Origin: Vitrella brassicaformis CCMP3155
Lineage: Eukaryota; Protista; Chromerida
DNA: 64,000 nt
Direction of reading: 5' to 3'
Assembly: GCA_001179505.1 (NCBI GenBank)
Contig: CDMY01000581.1
Location: 248,001-312,000, forward strand
Shown here in pieces: positions 12,301 through 24,114 of the stretch. The notes beneath the pieces are model-generated. The model saw only the letters and a list, made by a program, of their open reading frames with translations. It made no database searches and was not told the origin of the DNA. A program made the translations under genes and the position numbers. Every line of letters starts with the position of its first letter. Within the stretch, counting starts at the first letter, position 1.

Positions 12301-15300
12301 CAGCCTGACGCTGGTAGGCACGACACACGTATATGTCATTCACTGCTGTATGTATGTGTGTTCAGTTCCTCAACTGAGCGGCGGCATTTCGCTTGACGCG
12401 AGGGACAAGTTCTATTCAGAGCTGTTTGTCTACATGACCGACTCACTTCATCGCACCGTCAACCGCAGAATCAGGTATGCGCCGCAGTACAGCGCAGCAC
12501 AGCACAGCACAGCACACTTGCCCCTCCTTCACTTAGGGAGGAGCAACGTGGCAAGGAGGAGCTGCAGTGGAAGCACCCAATCACAAGAGAAGACAGACGA
12601 AGTACCACACAGTCACACACCCAGCCTCTTTTCCACCATCATGTTGACTCAAGTGCGTGCGGTGTCAATCAGGTGATCCGTCGAAGGAGATGCCGACCGA
12701 GAGGCTGCGCCGCCTGATATTCGAGTGCGAGACCAAACGGGACTACGAGAGGGCGGCCAAGCTGTACCAGAACCTCTGCGTGGCCGAGGCGGACGATCCT
12801 GTCCAGAGTGCGTCGACCTGGTACCACTACGCCCGATTCTGCTTCCGCACCGGCCGCACCGACGCCGGCGAGGAGGCGCTCAAGGAGGCCATCTGCGTGG
12901 CGGGCGGAGAGAGCAGCGCGCCCAAGGACGTGCTGCGGATGCTGGGTGCAGCGCTCATGGCCACAGGCCGGTATGAGGGTGCGGTGCACTTCCTCTCCAC
13001 TGTGCTGCAACGCGAGCGGGGTGGCCATGGTGACGTCACCAGTCGGCCGACGTACTTTTTGCTGGCTTTGGCGTACTTCATGGATGGCCAGTACGAGCTA
13101 GGCGAAAAGTATCTCACCTTGTCGACCAAGGATGCCGCGTACTTTGAAGACGAGGAGGAATTCGATCAAGGTGAATGAAGAAAGGAAGCAGAGGCACATC
13201 ATGTCGATCAGTAAATGAACCAACCTATGAGGGTGCATATATTCGGGCAGGTCCGAGGCTGTTTGTGACTCCTCCCGAGGCACCCGCCACAGACACTGAC
13301 GTGAGGGCAGACGGGTGCAGCACTTTAGGCACTCTCTTATCAATGTCTCCTTTTCTCTGCTTCTACCTGTGCTGCTGCAGGTGTCTCCCACGTCAGTCGC
13401 TACTTCCAGAGAGGAGGTGAATGTCGCACACACACATTCACGCACAGACCTGCATCGCATCGCATCGTGCTGCTGTATCGTATCGCTCGTGTAGTATCCA
13501 GCATTTGAAGACCCAGCCACCGGCCACCCGGTAGGCGATGCGATAGGCTGGGTGTCAGAAGGCAAGCCGAAACACTCACGTCTCATCACGTGTCGTGTTT
13601 CTGTTTGCAGGCGGAGGCCGAGCAGGAGATGTGCATCCTGGAAGGTCTTGACCTGCTCCTCGCATACGAAATCCCACAACCCGCCATCGAGGCACGCACT
13701 GCACTGACCAGCCTGGCTGACACACACGGATGGCCCCATCCATGACTGACTGACCTCGATGGATGCATGCAGGTCATTGACCGCGATGACCTCGGTCTGC
13801 TGTCTCTCACGAGTCGCGCCAGCGAACGGGTCAAGAAGATCAAAATCAAGGCACTCATGCTGCTCAACGGTCACATCGCGACTACCCAGAAAAGACGCCT
13901 GAGAGGGAGGGAGGGAAAGACACCGTGACTGTGCTGTATCTTCAGAATATGCTGTAGCGGCCGATCACTTGCGAGAGGAGCTCGACCGCAACGACAGGCA
14001 ACAGGAAGGTGAGGTCAACGCCTGGTCCCCGCCTGTAGCTGGCTGTTCCCCCTGCATCCACTTGCGTGTTGGTCAGTGTGGATGCTCTACGGCGAGTGCC
14101 TGCTTCGCACAAACAATAGAGCACGGTGAGACCACGCCTGCCAGGCAGGCAGGCAGACATAATCACCCGATTGTGTCTGCAGTGCCCTGGAAGCCTTCCA
14201 GCATTGTCTCGAGTTTTGCGAGGAGCTCACCGACCCGCTCGTTTACCTCAGGGCGGGACAGCTCCTACTTGGATACGGGTGGGCGACCTGAGATAAAGAG
14301 ATAGACGGCAGCCAGCCACCCTCTAAATGGCACGGAGTGCCTCACGCACGCAGGCACTTCAAGACGGCCAAGAGCCGCTTCCTGCAGTCGCTGGAAATCC
14401 AGTCAGTAGACACGCAAGCCGAAGAAAGGACACGGGTGTGGTGTGTGTTGATAAATTGGGCTGCTCTTCCTTAATCGATATATGCAGGGCTACGGCAGAG
14501 GCGTGGTACGGTGCCGGGAAGTCGTGCTACCTGCTTGAGGACTACGAGGGCGCCCGGGAGTGCCTGTGTGAGGCCAACTACCTCGACAACGAGCACCCGC
14601 AGGTGTGGGGATTCCTCTGCCTCGTTGCCATCAAGACCGACAGACCGCACGAGGCCGACCAGTGTTTCAAGTACGCCATGCAGTGGCAGCTCGGCGAAGC
14701 TGATGTGCTCATCGCCATTGGAAGGGAATACATACAAAAAGGTGAGGCCATACACCTGCCTGCCTGCTTGTATGTGGATGGATGGGTGGATGGACGCCTT
14801 CGTGCATTCAGGTGTGAGTGGTCACCTGGCGGAGTCGGCCTTGCGAAAAGCCGTGCAGCTGCAGGGTCAGCGAGCCGGGAGACATAGGATTCTCCATTCA
14901 TACTGTGTGTTCATCCACGCGTCTCCGTGTTCCTCCATGCACGGCAGATTCGGGCTATGCGCGTCTGTTCTTGGCCCAGGCCCTCGCACTGCAGGACCTC
15001 TACGAGAAGGCAGTCCTCGAAGCACAGGTAAGAACCCCTTCCCCCACACAATCAAGAGCCTGCCATGCACAGACACAGCCAGCGGTGTTTCAGGTGGCTA
15101 TTGGGCAGGCGTATGATCAGCCAGGTACACAACCATATATGAGGGCAGATTTACATAGCCGTGTGTGACTGCCCCCACTTGCAGAGCTGCTGGAGGTAGC
15201 GGCGACCAAGGCGCTCGAGTACGCGGACTATCTGCAGGACCACCAGTTGCGCGAGGCAATAGAGATGGCCTACCAGATGAGCGTCAAGCGGCGTGAGGAG

Positions 15301-15405
15301 GAGGAGGCCGCGAAACTGGAAGGCGGACCTGGATCGGAGTATGGGGGGCGTGACAGCTTCTTCAGCGACAGGGTGTCCATCCCGGGTTTCAGCGACAGCA
15401 TGTGA
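9361..15405 (+). CDS. CFAP70: Cilia- and flagella-associated protein 70 (TTC18)-like TPR protein
   Basis: Many-exon gene from MAPKKEAPAP… Segment NNLREAMVKIVREKVQK…FYSELFVYMTDSLHRTVN…TERLRRLIFECETKRDYERAAKLY…WYHYARFC resembles recalled CFAP70 (…VKIVRDKYLK…SELYVFLVDQMHVALN…). C-terminal TPRs (AWYGAGKSCYLLEDYEGARECLCEANYLDNEHPQVWGFL); stop TGA 15403-15405. Confidence 0.8.
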
Positions 15406-15673
15406 TGCCACTAAGGGCGTCATGAGACTTGCGAATCGAGTGTCCGTGTCTGTGTGTTGGACGTCACACATACGTAACACACACATGTCTTACATGCAAG
15501 CTTCTATATCGACCAAGGCCTTAGACGGCCATCCGTCACAGCACTCGGAGCTTGTCGCAAAATCGTCATCAGCTAATCTTCGCTAGCTGCTCGCTAAGAG
15601 CACGTGTGCGCTTAAGTCATCTTCTCCTCTCTTCTGGCCTGACAGACACACAAACACACACACACACACACAC

Positions 15674-15705
15674 GTCTCCTGATTAGGAGGTAGACGTGAT
15701 CTCCA
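15674..15705 (-). pseudogene. 32-nt fragment of tRNA-Arg(CCT) (D-loop through anticodon arm to variable loop)
   Basis: gtctcctgattaggaggtagacgtgatctcca matches 18501-18532 (gtctcctgcttaggaggcagacgtgatctcca) at 30/32, same orientation. Confidence 0.85.
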
Positions 15706-15796
15706 AGTCGCTCTGTACTGACCCTACAGAGCACAGCACAGCTTGTCTCGCCCACATCCATCCATCCTCTCGCCCGTTCTCACTCAGTCAGTCACT

Positions 15797-18420
15797 CATG
15801 TGTGTATGTGTGGCACTCGGCCCTCTCTCCTGGTCCGCTGCTTGACCGCCAGCCGCTGCCGCTCATCTGCGGTGCGATCCCAACTGCGCCGCACCGACCT
15901 ATCACTCACGCAATAAATACCCAACACCAAAGGTCAAAACAGACAGCGCCTTCTGGTGCGTCCGTCCGTCCGTCGCGCGCACTCACCGTGGATTGACCCA
16001 TCCCGGTGATGTGGATGAGCTCTCGTCCGCCTCGGCCGCTGGTGCAGTGTCTGGTGGTGCATGCCGTCTGGCTGCTGCATCGGTGAGCCGCTGCAGGCCT
16101 TGGCACAACAAGTAGTCCGCTGCTGCATCCTACAGACACAGATTGATTAACAGATAAGCCCCACAAGTGAATGAGTGAGTGCAATCTGACGCATCCATCG
16201 TTGATCCTCCCTCGCTCACCCACCCCACCTGGTGCCTGCCCATCCGATAGAAAGCGATGGCCCGCAGTGTCAGCAGCGGGGCCCTGCTGACAGAGTCAGG
16301 AGAATCCTCATCATCGTCTGGGAGGCGCCCAGCGGCCCTCACGTCGAGCATGAGGGCTCTCGTGCTGTCAGACAACGCCTGCGGCCACTGCTCGAGCAGC
16401 GCATGCACCCTTGCTCGAAGGCCAAGGGCCGTCGCCAGCAGAGACGCATCACGCAGACGGACGGCGCTGACCACACAAGATGAAAGCCGCTGATCGACAC
16501 GCACACAGGCAGACAGGACAGGCGGCAGACAGACATACACACAGTTTTCCACCATTGATTGACGTACGTGTGTGGTCGATGAGCGAGTGAGTCACCTGGA
16601 TGAGGTCGGCACCTATCATCTCGAGAGGCACACCACCCCCCTGCAGGTCTTTCCTGCTCCAGCCGGGCACCGTGAGCACCGCAGCAGGTGACTGCTGGTG
16701 CTTCTCCTCGAGCAGGATCCACTCGCTGGTGCGGGGATGGATCTTGTCGGTTGGGTGCAGCAACACCTCCAGAGCTGATGACGACAGGCGAGGGGCCGAC
16801 CTGCACAGATATATCAGATGACACAAGCAATGCCTTCAATGCAACGCATACCGTTAGTGCTGTGTTAGTGCCTGAGTGCGTGTGTGGGTCGGTTTGTTCC
16901 GTCACTCACCTTCTGAAATCCTTTGCTCCAGCAACCTCGACCATGGGCGAGCCCGAGCGATCTGCACGCTCTGTCGCCTCGACATAGTCCCTCCGGTTGC
17001 GGGATGGGCCGTCTGATGGCGATAAATGGGGGGTCGACTCTTCTGGCAGGTCTCTTGGGGTGGTCATTGGTTGCTGTGACGCGATGAGGCTCTCGAGAGC
17101 CGCGCGCATCTCTTCCGCCTCCTGACATCAGACAGACAGACAGAAGCAAAATGACTGACATGCACCAAGCACTTTGCAGATTAGATTGCACCTGCGGAGC
17201 CTGTATCGGGTGGGTGTGCTCCAAGGCGCGGCACGCTGCGGCGATGCCGCAGATGGCCACCTCCAGCAGGAAACGTCGCTCGCCATCACGTTGCTGCTGT
17301 CTAGCCATATTTTCTCCGTCCATCGCGAGAGTCTGCAGGATGGCACTCGAGTCCTCAACAGCCCCCCACATGTCACCTGAAACACAGCAGCGCCGAAGCA
17401 CACCATACGCCGTGCTGCCTATTCGCCCCCTCCGCCCCCGCCCCCCTCTCTGTCACGCACCTGTTTTGTATCTGCATGTCATGCGCATGGCCAGGGCCTC
17501 GTGACGGAGCCGCCCCGCAGCACTCAATGACGGCAATGCAATCAGGCGGTCCAGGAGGACAATCGCCTGCTGATGTTGACTCAGACGGCTGTGGGCTGTC
17601 GCTGCACAGAAGAGAACATCGGGGCTGTCGTGCTGGAGGTCGAGAGCACGACGAGCATGCTCAAGGGCCTCCTGTGAGGACAGACAGAGGGAGGGAGGGA
17701 GGGAAAGAGGGAAGGAAATCGCTGTTTGCCCTGCACTACGAGTGAGGCCTACGTGCAGAGTGCTGTTGCCATCAGTGTCGCCATCACCAGGACCAGCACT
17801 CCTTCCTCGTGTTTGTGAAGGTTTCCTGCCTCTCCTCGCCTCGAACTCCTCGCAGAGAGCGAGGCTGCACAGCCTGTAGACCGCCGAAGCGAGAGACCAA
17901 TTGATGCTTCCTTCCTGCCTGTCTGCCTGTCTGCCTCTCGGCGCATGCAGCGTACCTTTGATAGGCTCGTGTCTTCTGGGTTGCATCACATGTGTCGAGC
18001 GCCTTCTTGAAGGCATCCTGTCCCAGAGAGAGGCACACACAACTACAATGAATGATCATTGGCCGGCGATGATGGCGGTGGCCGACTCACCCGCGCTCCA
18101 CGGTAGTCATCAGCGGCCAAGAGGCAGTCTCCCTGACCCACAAAGTCATCGCAGCTATCAAACACTGCCCACAGACAGACAGACAGACAGACAAGAGCTG
18201 ACAGTGCCTCAGACAAGAGTGGATCTCCGCTTTTCTCACCGGCGAAGGCTCCATTCAGGTCCCCTTTCCGCATCATGGCCACCGCAGCCCCCCTTCCCCC
18301 CTGGGCATCATCGTTGCTCGCTGCACTGCTGCTGGTGCTGGTGCGATGAATGGCTCGAGGTCTGAATGGCGGAGGCAGGGGGCGCGGGAGTGGCACGAGA
18401 GCTGGCAGGAGCCGCCGCAT
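15797..18420 (-). CDS. Spliced TPR-repeat protein, possible mitochondrial presequence; 3' end approximate
   Basis: Exons with TPR-like helices (EALEHARRALDLQHDSPDVLFCAATAHSRLSQHQQAIVLLDRLI; LLATALGLRARVHALLEQWPQALSDSTRALML; LTLRAIAFYRMGRHQ). N-terminus MRRLLPALVPLPRPLPPPFRPRAIHR is Arg-rich and free of acidic residues. Confidence 0.65.
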
Positions 18421-18474
18421 TTTGCCAGAAACAAGCAGAGATCCGTCAGGAAGAAGCAGATGCAAAAGTATAGA

Positions 18475-18547
18475 TATCCCCGCTGGGACTCGAACCCAGA
18501 GTCTCCTGCTTAGGAGGCAGACGTGATCTCCATTACACTACGAGGAC
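18475..18547 (-). tRNA. trnR-CCT: tRNA-Arg, anticodon CCT, intronless, 73 nt
   Basis: Reverse complement GTCCTCG TA GTGTAATGGAGATCAC G TCTGC CTCCTAA GCAGG AGACT CTGGG TTCGAGT CCCAG CGGGGAT A folds as a cloverleaf with GGA (Arg identity A20) in the D-loop and a TTCGA T-loop. A T4 run follows 8 nt downstream (18464-18467). Confidence 0.96.
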
Positions 18548-18932
18548 AGACTGTCGACTCGCTACCCGCGATTTCACCGACCCAGAAAAGAAGACCTGCC
18601 AATTGGGGCGTGCGCGACACCAATATAAAAAAAGGCAGGTACTGTGACAGGGCGTGGCAAGTAGGAAACATCACGCGCAAGCGCAAACGAGGAACAGAAT
18701 GAACGAATAACATTGACTGGTTGGTTGGTTAGTGTGTTTAACGAGACTCGTGTCTGTAACCCCGGAGGGGATCCTGTCATGTCACGGACTAAACTAGCAA
18801 TATGCACATGCATGGAAGCATGCCCACGTCAGCGGGGAGTCCACCGCGAAGATCTGCGTTTTTGAGCCCGCAGAAAGGGAGGAGAAAATCGATCTCGGCT
18901 CGCGCAAGCGGAGGACGATTTTGAGAGCGACG

Positions 18933-20006
18933 ATGCAGTCGCCAAAGATGCCGACACTGCAGCCACCAACCAGCCACCTGCAACGCCCTCTCGCCCTCTA
19001 TGTGGTCTGCGCCGCCGCATTCACCACTCTCTGCAGCGGCTTTCAGCTTCCAAGCAGCCCTCGCCGCCTCATCAACATTGATGACAATAGACCTCATCTG
19101 TCGGCAGGGCTCCTCGCCAGGCATCGACAGCCACTGACAATGAGTTCGTCGACGGATCCTCCGCAGAAACAGACCAAGAAGGTGCCTCTGAAGGACCCGT
19201 ATGAAGGTGCCACACACACACACACACACACACACGGCACACACACACACGGTGCCGTCTGTGTGTGAAGGCAAGGTGGGAAACCTGAAAGGAGGAATGG
19301 AACGCTCTCCTCTCAACCCAAAGCTGAGTGAAGCGGAGACCAACCTCGGTACATACGAGAACGGAGGGCGGGAGGGAGATGGCCAGCTGGGGAATCCCAC
19401 ACACGCTGGATGCATTGCATGGGCGGTGTCTGTCTGGTGGTGCCTGTGGTCGGCTGCAGTGATGGAGAAGACGAGCTGGGATCCTCGCAGTGAATGGCGT
19501 CAGAGGTCGATGGACTGGGCCGCGTACGAGAACGTTACGTCTTTTGTGTGCTCGCAATGTGGCTACGTCTACGTCAACGCTGAAAACGAGGTGAGCGAGG
19601 GCATGGCCGACCGAGCGACAACCACACACAGGACAGGCAGTGCAGTTCAGTGTATCTTCCTTCCTTTCTTGTGGTCTTGTGGTGTGTCTTGTCTGCACTG
19701 CAGATCAGGTTCCAAGATCTGCCCGACAACTGGCGCTGCCCTGCATGTAAGACAAGACACACAAAGGCTACGGTGCATCGGTGACGTACGTCCACACATT
19801 GCCTTTCGCCATCCCATCCATGCCTTTCTGCCCTGCCCGCAGGTAACGCTCCCAAGTCGGCCTTTGGTGTCGGCGGCAACCCCAACGCCTTCCAAGCCCA
19901 ATTCGGCATCAAACCGCGGGAGCTGATCCTCTACATCATTCTGCCAATTGTGGGCGTCATCCTGTTTTCCCAATGGAAAGAGTTCATCGAGCCAAGAGTA
20001 TTCTAA
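18933..20006 (+). CDS. Plastid-targeted membrane-anchored rubredoxin (RubA/RBD1-like)
   Basis: Spliced FVCSQCGYVYVNAENE|IRFQDLPDNWRCPAC|NAPKSAF gives two CxxC rubredoxin knuckles. C-terminal TM helix (LILYIILPIVGVILFSQW). N-terminal signal peptide ending TLCSG-FQLPSS, then a Ser/Arg-rich transit-like region. Confidence 0.85.
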
Positions 20007-20825
20007 TGAGCCAGCTTGTGGACGGACACAGGGGAGGGCGGTGAGAGGAGAGGGCGCATCGCATCGGATGGCATTTTTTCCGAGAGCCTGTGGATGAGAG
20101 GGGAGGAATAGCTATGACATGAGGGGGAGACGTGACGGGGGGGTGGGTTGTCTGTCGGGCTGAGTCAATGGGTCGTGCACGAGAGGGGGGAGGGGATTGG
20201 GCGCAGATTGACAGGACTCGTCAACTCTGCGTGCAATGAATGTCGATTTTTGGGCTCTCTGGGGTAGGTTGTATTTTTCGTGGTGTGTCATCTACCAACC
20301 ACTGAGTGAATGTGGCTGAATGCGTGTTTGTATGTGTACGGCGTGCGAGGATGTTTGTTTGTTTTGAGTGCTGCAAGTTGCGTTGTGTGTGAGATTTGTT
20401 TTGTTGTCCATGCCATGAGCACTCCCTCACTCCCTCATCCTTAGTGCTAGGTGTAGAGTAAGTATCCATGAGACAGACAACCCAATTAAGCCGTCGATCG
20501 TTGAATTGAAATGGCTGGCACATCACACATATTCACATAACCCCGTGCAGATCGATGTCGACAGAATACGCCAACACAGCACCAATCCAATCGACCGACA
20601 GTCAGGCCGCCTTCTCTCTCTCTCTCGCAGAAATGGCTCATTCCTTCCGCCATTACCGACCAGCCCGCCGATTCATTCATTCATTCACTCGGTCAAAACG
20701 ACCGATGCTCAATCGGCCACCGAATGCTCTCGACATGGTAGCCATACGCCTCCACCACACGTGCCAACTCCGCATACGTTGGCGGTCGAGCCGCAGTAAA
20801 GCTCCAGCTGTCGCCCAAGAGGTTC

Positions 20826-22150
20826 TCACCGCTGTCTATTCCTCCCTCCAGGTGTGAGTCGGGCCGGAGTTGCCAGTGGGAGGGGAAGGCGCGATGAAGG
20901 GAGCAAATGTGCCTCTGGCCCGTGTGGACGCACCGCAGGGTGGCGTATGAAGGCAGGGACACAAACGCTGGCGTGAAGTCGCTCATCGCGTACGGCTTGC
21001 GAACCCCGCCTCCCTTGCTGCCGACACAACCGTCTGCAAACATACCACCAAGACACAGCGGGTGGGGGCATGCAAGCCGAAGGCTCACCTATGTGTGGAT
21101 GAGCTCAGCTCACTGACCGTCGTTAGCCGGGTGTGTGGGCACGAGGAAGCGCTCGTTGATGACGATGAGAGGCGTGCTGCTCCTCGAACATTCGAAGGCG
21201 AGCATCCCTGCAAACAAAGCAAGCCAAGTCAGCACACCAATCATCACACAAAAGGAGGAGCCAACTCACACAACACACATCCCGCCATCCTATCCCCTTT
21301 TCCCAATTCACCGAAGTGCTGCTGCGCCTCGCAAAAGGCGCCAATCGACATCCGTGGCTCTGTGAGAATGCCCTTGTCCTCGTTCTTCAGATTGACGGCG
21401 ATCACCAGATCATCATCGGAGGAGAGATAGCGTCGCGGTTGGACCAGCGTCCTCTCGATGGCAGAATCAACAGTCTGCCGCACCCTTCCAGCCCACTTGG
21501 AGCGTGATTTGGCCACAGAGGAGAGGATGGAAGCACCAGCACCCTGCCGCCTGGCTCTCTTTGCCGCTGCGATGGTGTCGGTAACAGTTGAATGGAATAG
21601 GTCGAACCTGACCTTTGGAAGCTCCGGTTGCTGTGTCTTGCTCCGGACTCGCGAAGACCCGTTTGCAGCAGGGGCGTCCTGCAGCTTCATGTGGGAGGTG
21701 ACGAAGAGCGTGGTGAGAAACAGCTGGGTGAGGTCTTGGCTGAAGATGCGGATGCGGCGCCTCCCCTCCGATGCGAACGCGTGTATGATGGCGCACACAA
21801 TCAGCAGGATCAGTCGCTGCTCATGGCTCACGTACTCGTCAAGAAAGACCTGCGCCCGGTTTCTGGTTGTCATCAGATTAGGCAGCATCGGCGCCTCGGC
21901 CACCTCAGCATGGACCTAACAGCCAGCACACACAGGACAGGAAGAGAATCAATCAATGGCGCGAACCACGTCGCCAATGGCTCCTTCCTTCATCGATGAC
22001 CGACCTGGATGCGGCTGGCCCCGTGGACGAATGCATTCCTGCAGGCTTCGGAAGCGCGCGTGTGTGGGCCGACAGCCTCCCATATCTCACTCTTCTTGCT
22101 CGATGTGCCCATGCAGATCTGCCGCATTCTTCCAAGAGGTGGGGATCCCA
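20826..22150 (-). CDS. Spliced hypothetical protein; ends approximate
   Basis: 219-aa open exon 21244-21903 (…AQVFLDEYVSHEQRLILLIVCAIIHAFASE…FLTTLFVTSHMKLQ…) with flanking minus-strand splice signals; no domain recognised. Confidence 0.45.
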
Positions 22151-22294
22151 GCGGTGGAGATCTGCCTTTCACATGTGCACTGCCGCTGGTGTGCCAGCCT
22201 TCCACACTGCCGCAAAGCAAAGGCGCCAGGAAAAAAAAAGAGCCATCTCGTGAAAGCTCGCAGTTGGTCCATCGGCTCAACGGCTGGAGCCAGA

Positions 22295-23196
22295 ATGACG
22301 ACAGAGAAGGACATGCGTGACATGCGTGCCCTCTTTGAGTGGGACAAGACAAGGGGAACCGACACCATGTCCGTATCCAGTGCCAAGTATGTGCGTATGT
22401 GTATGGAAGGCAGCACAGCAGAAACCATCCACCCACTCATCGTTGTTGTCTGTCTGTCTGTCTGTCTGTCTGTGTGGATGTCTCCAGCATGTGTGCACGG
22501 CTGTTGGGCTTCGATGTCACCTTTGACCATGAGGCCGGGTTCGAAACCTTTGTGGCCAAACTACGCAGACACGCACGACGAAGAGACCGCCTTTCCCTCT
22601 CCAAGCGGTTGTTCAACCTGCTCAAAGGGCCGTCCGCTGACAAGGATGGCTTCACTGCAGGTGACCAGCCAGACACACACACAGATGCTGCGACATGTAT
22701 GTGTACGGTGTGTCGTCCGTGTCTCCGGATGCTCAGAGGATCTGTATGAGGTGCTGCGAAACGAGCTCAATCAGCCGATAGAGCGATGGGAGGCGGACGA
22801 CCTCTTTGACTACCTGCACTCACTCTCGCCTGACTTGGAAAGGGCCCCGTCAGCCTCTTCCAGCTCGTCGCAGCAACCTCCTATTGATGTCACGGTCAAG
22901 TTCACCGAGTTTTTCGCGTTTCTGCAGCAGGAGCCCCTGACTGTGGAAAAGGCTACTGGACAGGTTTCTAGCGTGCCCCACGTGTGATTGTGCGTTGTGT
23001 GGATGAGCCAAAAGCTCGCTTCCAGCGGTCGGCTGTCTCTCCAGGCTCAGTCCATCCATCCCCACATGGACGTACGCCTCATATCGTGTCTGTCTCTGTC
23101 TTTCCGTCCCTTCTCGCTTATGTATGTAGAAGGCAGACAGACAGCATCCTGCATGTCTGGTCGGTCGGGGGGTGGGAAAACGCAAAAACGTCATGA
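22295..23196 (+). CDS. Divergent EF-hand/centrin-like small protein; 3' end uncertain
   Basis: Spliced MTTEKDMRDMRALFEWDKTRGTDTMSVSSA|NMCARLLGF…KRLFNLLKGPSADKDGFTA|EDLYEVLRNELNQPIERWEADDLFDYL…DVTVKFTEFFAFL; helix-loop-helix spacing of calmodulin/centrin folds with degenerate loops. Confidence 0.5.
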
Positions 23197-24009
23197 TCGG
23201 GTGGAATCGCATCAGTGAAGCCCGCCCCGGGCTGTGGAAAGATCGGGAACAAAGGGATTCGTGCCACAAAAATTCTCACACGAACGAACACGGACGCACA
23301 GGCAGCCTCACCAAGCACACACAGCCCAGCACGCACCATCACCAGATGCACTGAAAAATCGCAGCCAGCCAGCCAACCAGTTAGCTTACACGCGGAACAC
23401 AGAGACGCGCCCACGGCGAGCATTGGAATCCGTGTGTGTATGAATGTATGTGGCCCGCCTTGCCTTGCCGCAAAGGAATGAGGCAGTCAGTCTGCGTGGA
23501 TAACAGGCAGGAAGAAACTCGTGCAGCCAGCATGATCCGATCCATGCACATACATGCAGAGCTATCTGCTCACGCAGTCGGCTGATTGTGTACACGCCCC
23601 GAATCAGCCTGCCTCGCTCATCACACAAGCCCATTGAGGATGAAAGACACAGCCCAGCACAGCACAGCACAGCGTGCAATGCAATCAATGAGGGGGAAAA
23701 ATCGGTGCAAACCCGGGCGGCAGCAAAGCACTCATCACCACACACACAGCACGTGATCGCTCGCTTCGGTGGGCTGACTTGGTGCTCATCGGTGCGCGGG
23801 ATTGTCACCATGCTCTACCATGATGACAGCACGGCGTACCGACGAGCACTGCATCAGTCCACCCATTCGACGAGCGACACAGCAATCAACGTACACACAC
23901 CACTGGCTGTCTCGTCCCCCCGGGCACCCTCCGTGCTTCTCCGCACTTCCTCTCCCTCCTCGCGGTCAGGTTGGCGAAGAGGGACAGGTTATGGGCAGAA
24001 GCTTGAAGG

Positions 24010-24057
24010 CAGACGGACAGACGGACAGACGGACAGACGGACAGACGGACAGACGGA
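24010..24057 (+). repeat. Octamer tandem repeat (CAGACGGA)x6
   Basis: Six consecutive perfect units read directly, just 3' of the D-LDH stop. Confidence 0.9.
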
Positions 24058-24114
24058 TCGCTCAAGGCATGCATACGTACATACATTGAACACATCACAC
24101 TCTGTCTGTTTGTC

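Noticed and set aside
15674-15705. Functional second tRNA or LTR primer-binding site
   Set aside because: No acceptor or T arms, the anticodon stem is broken, and no LTR, gag or pol sequence is nearby. Kept only as a fragment.
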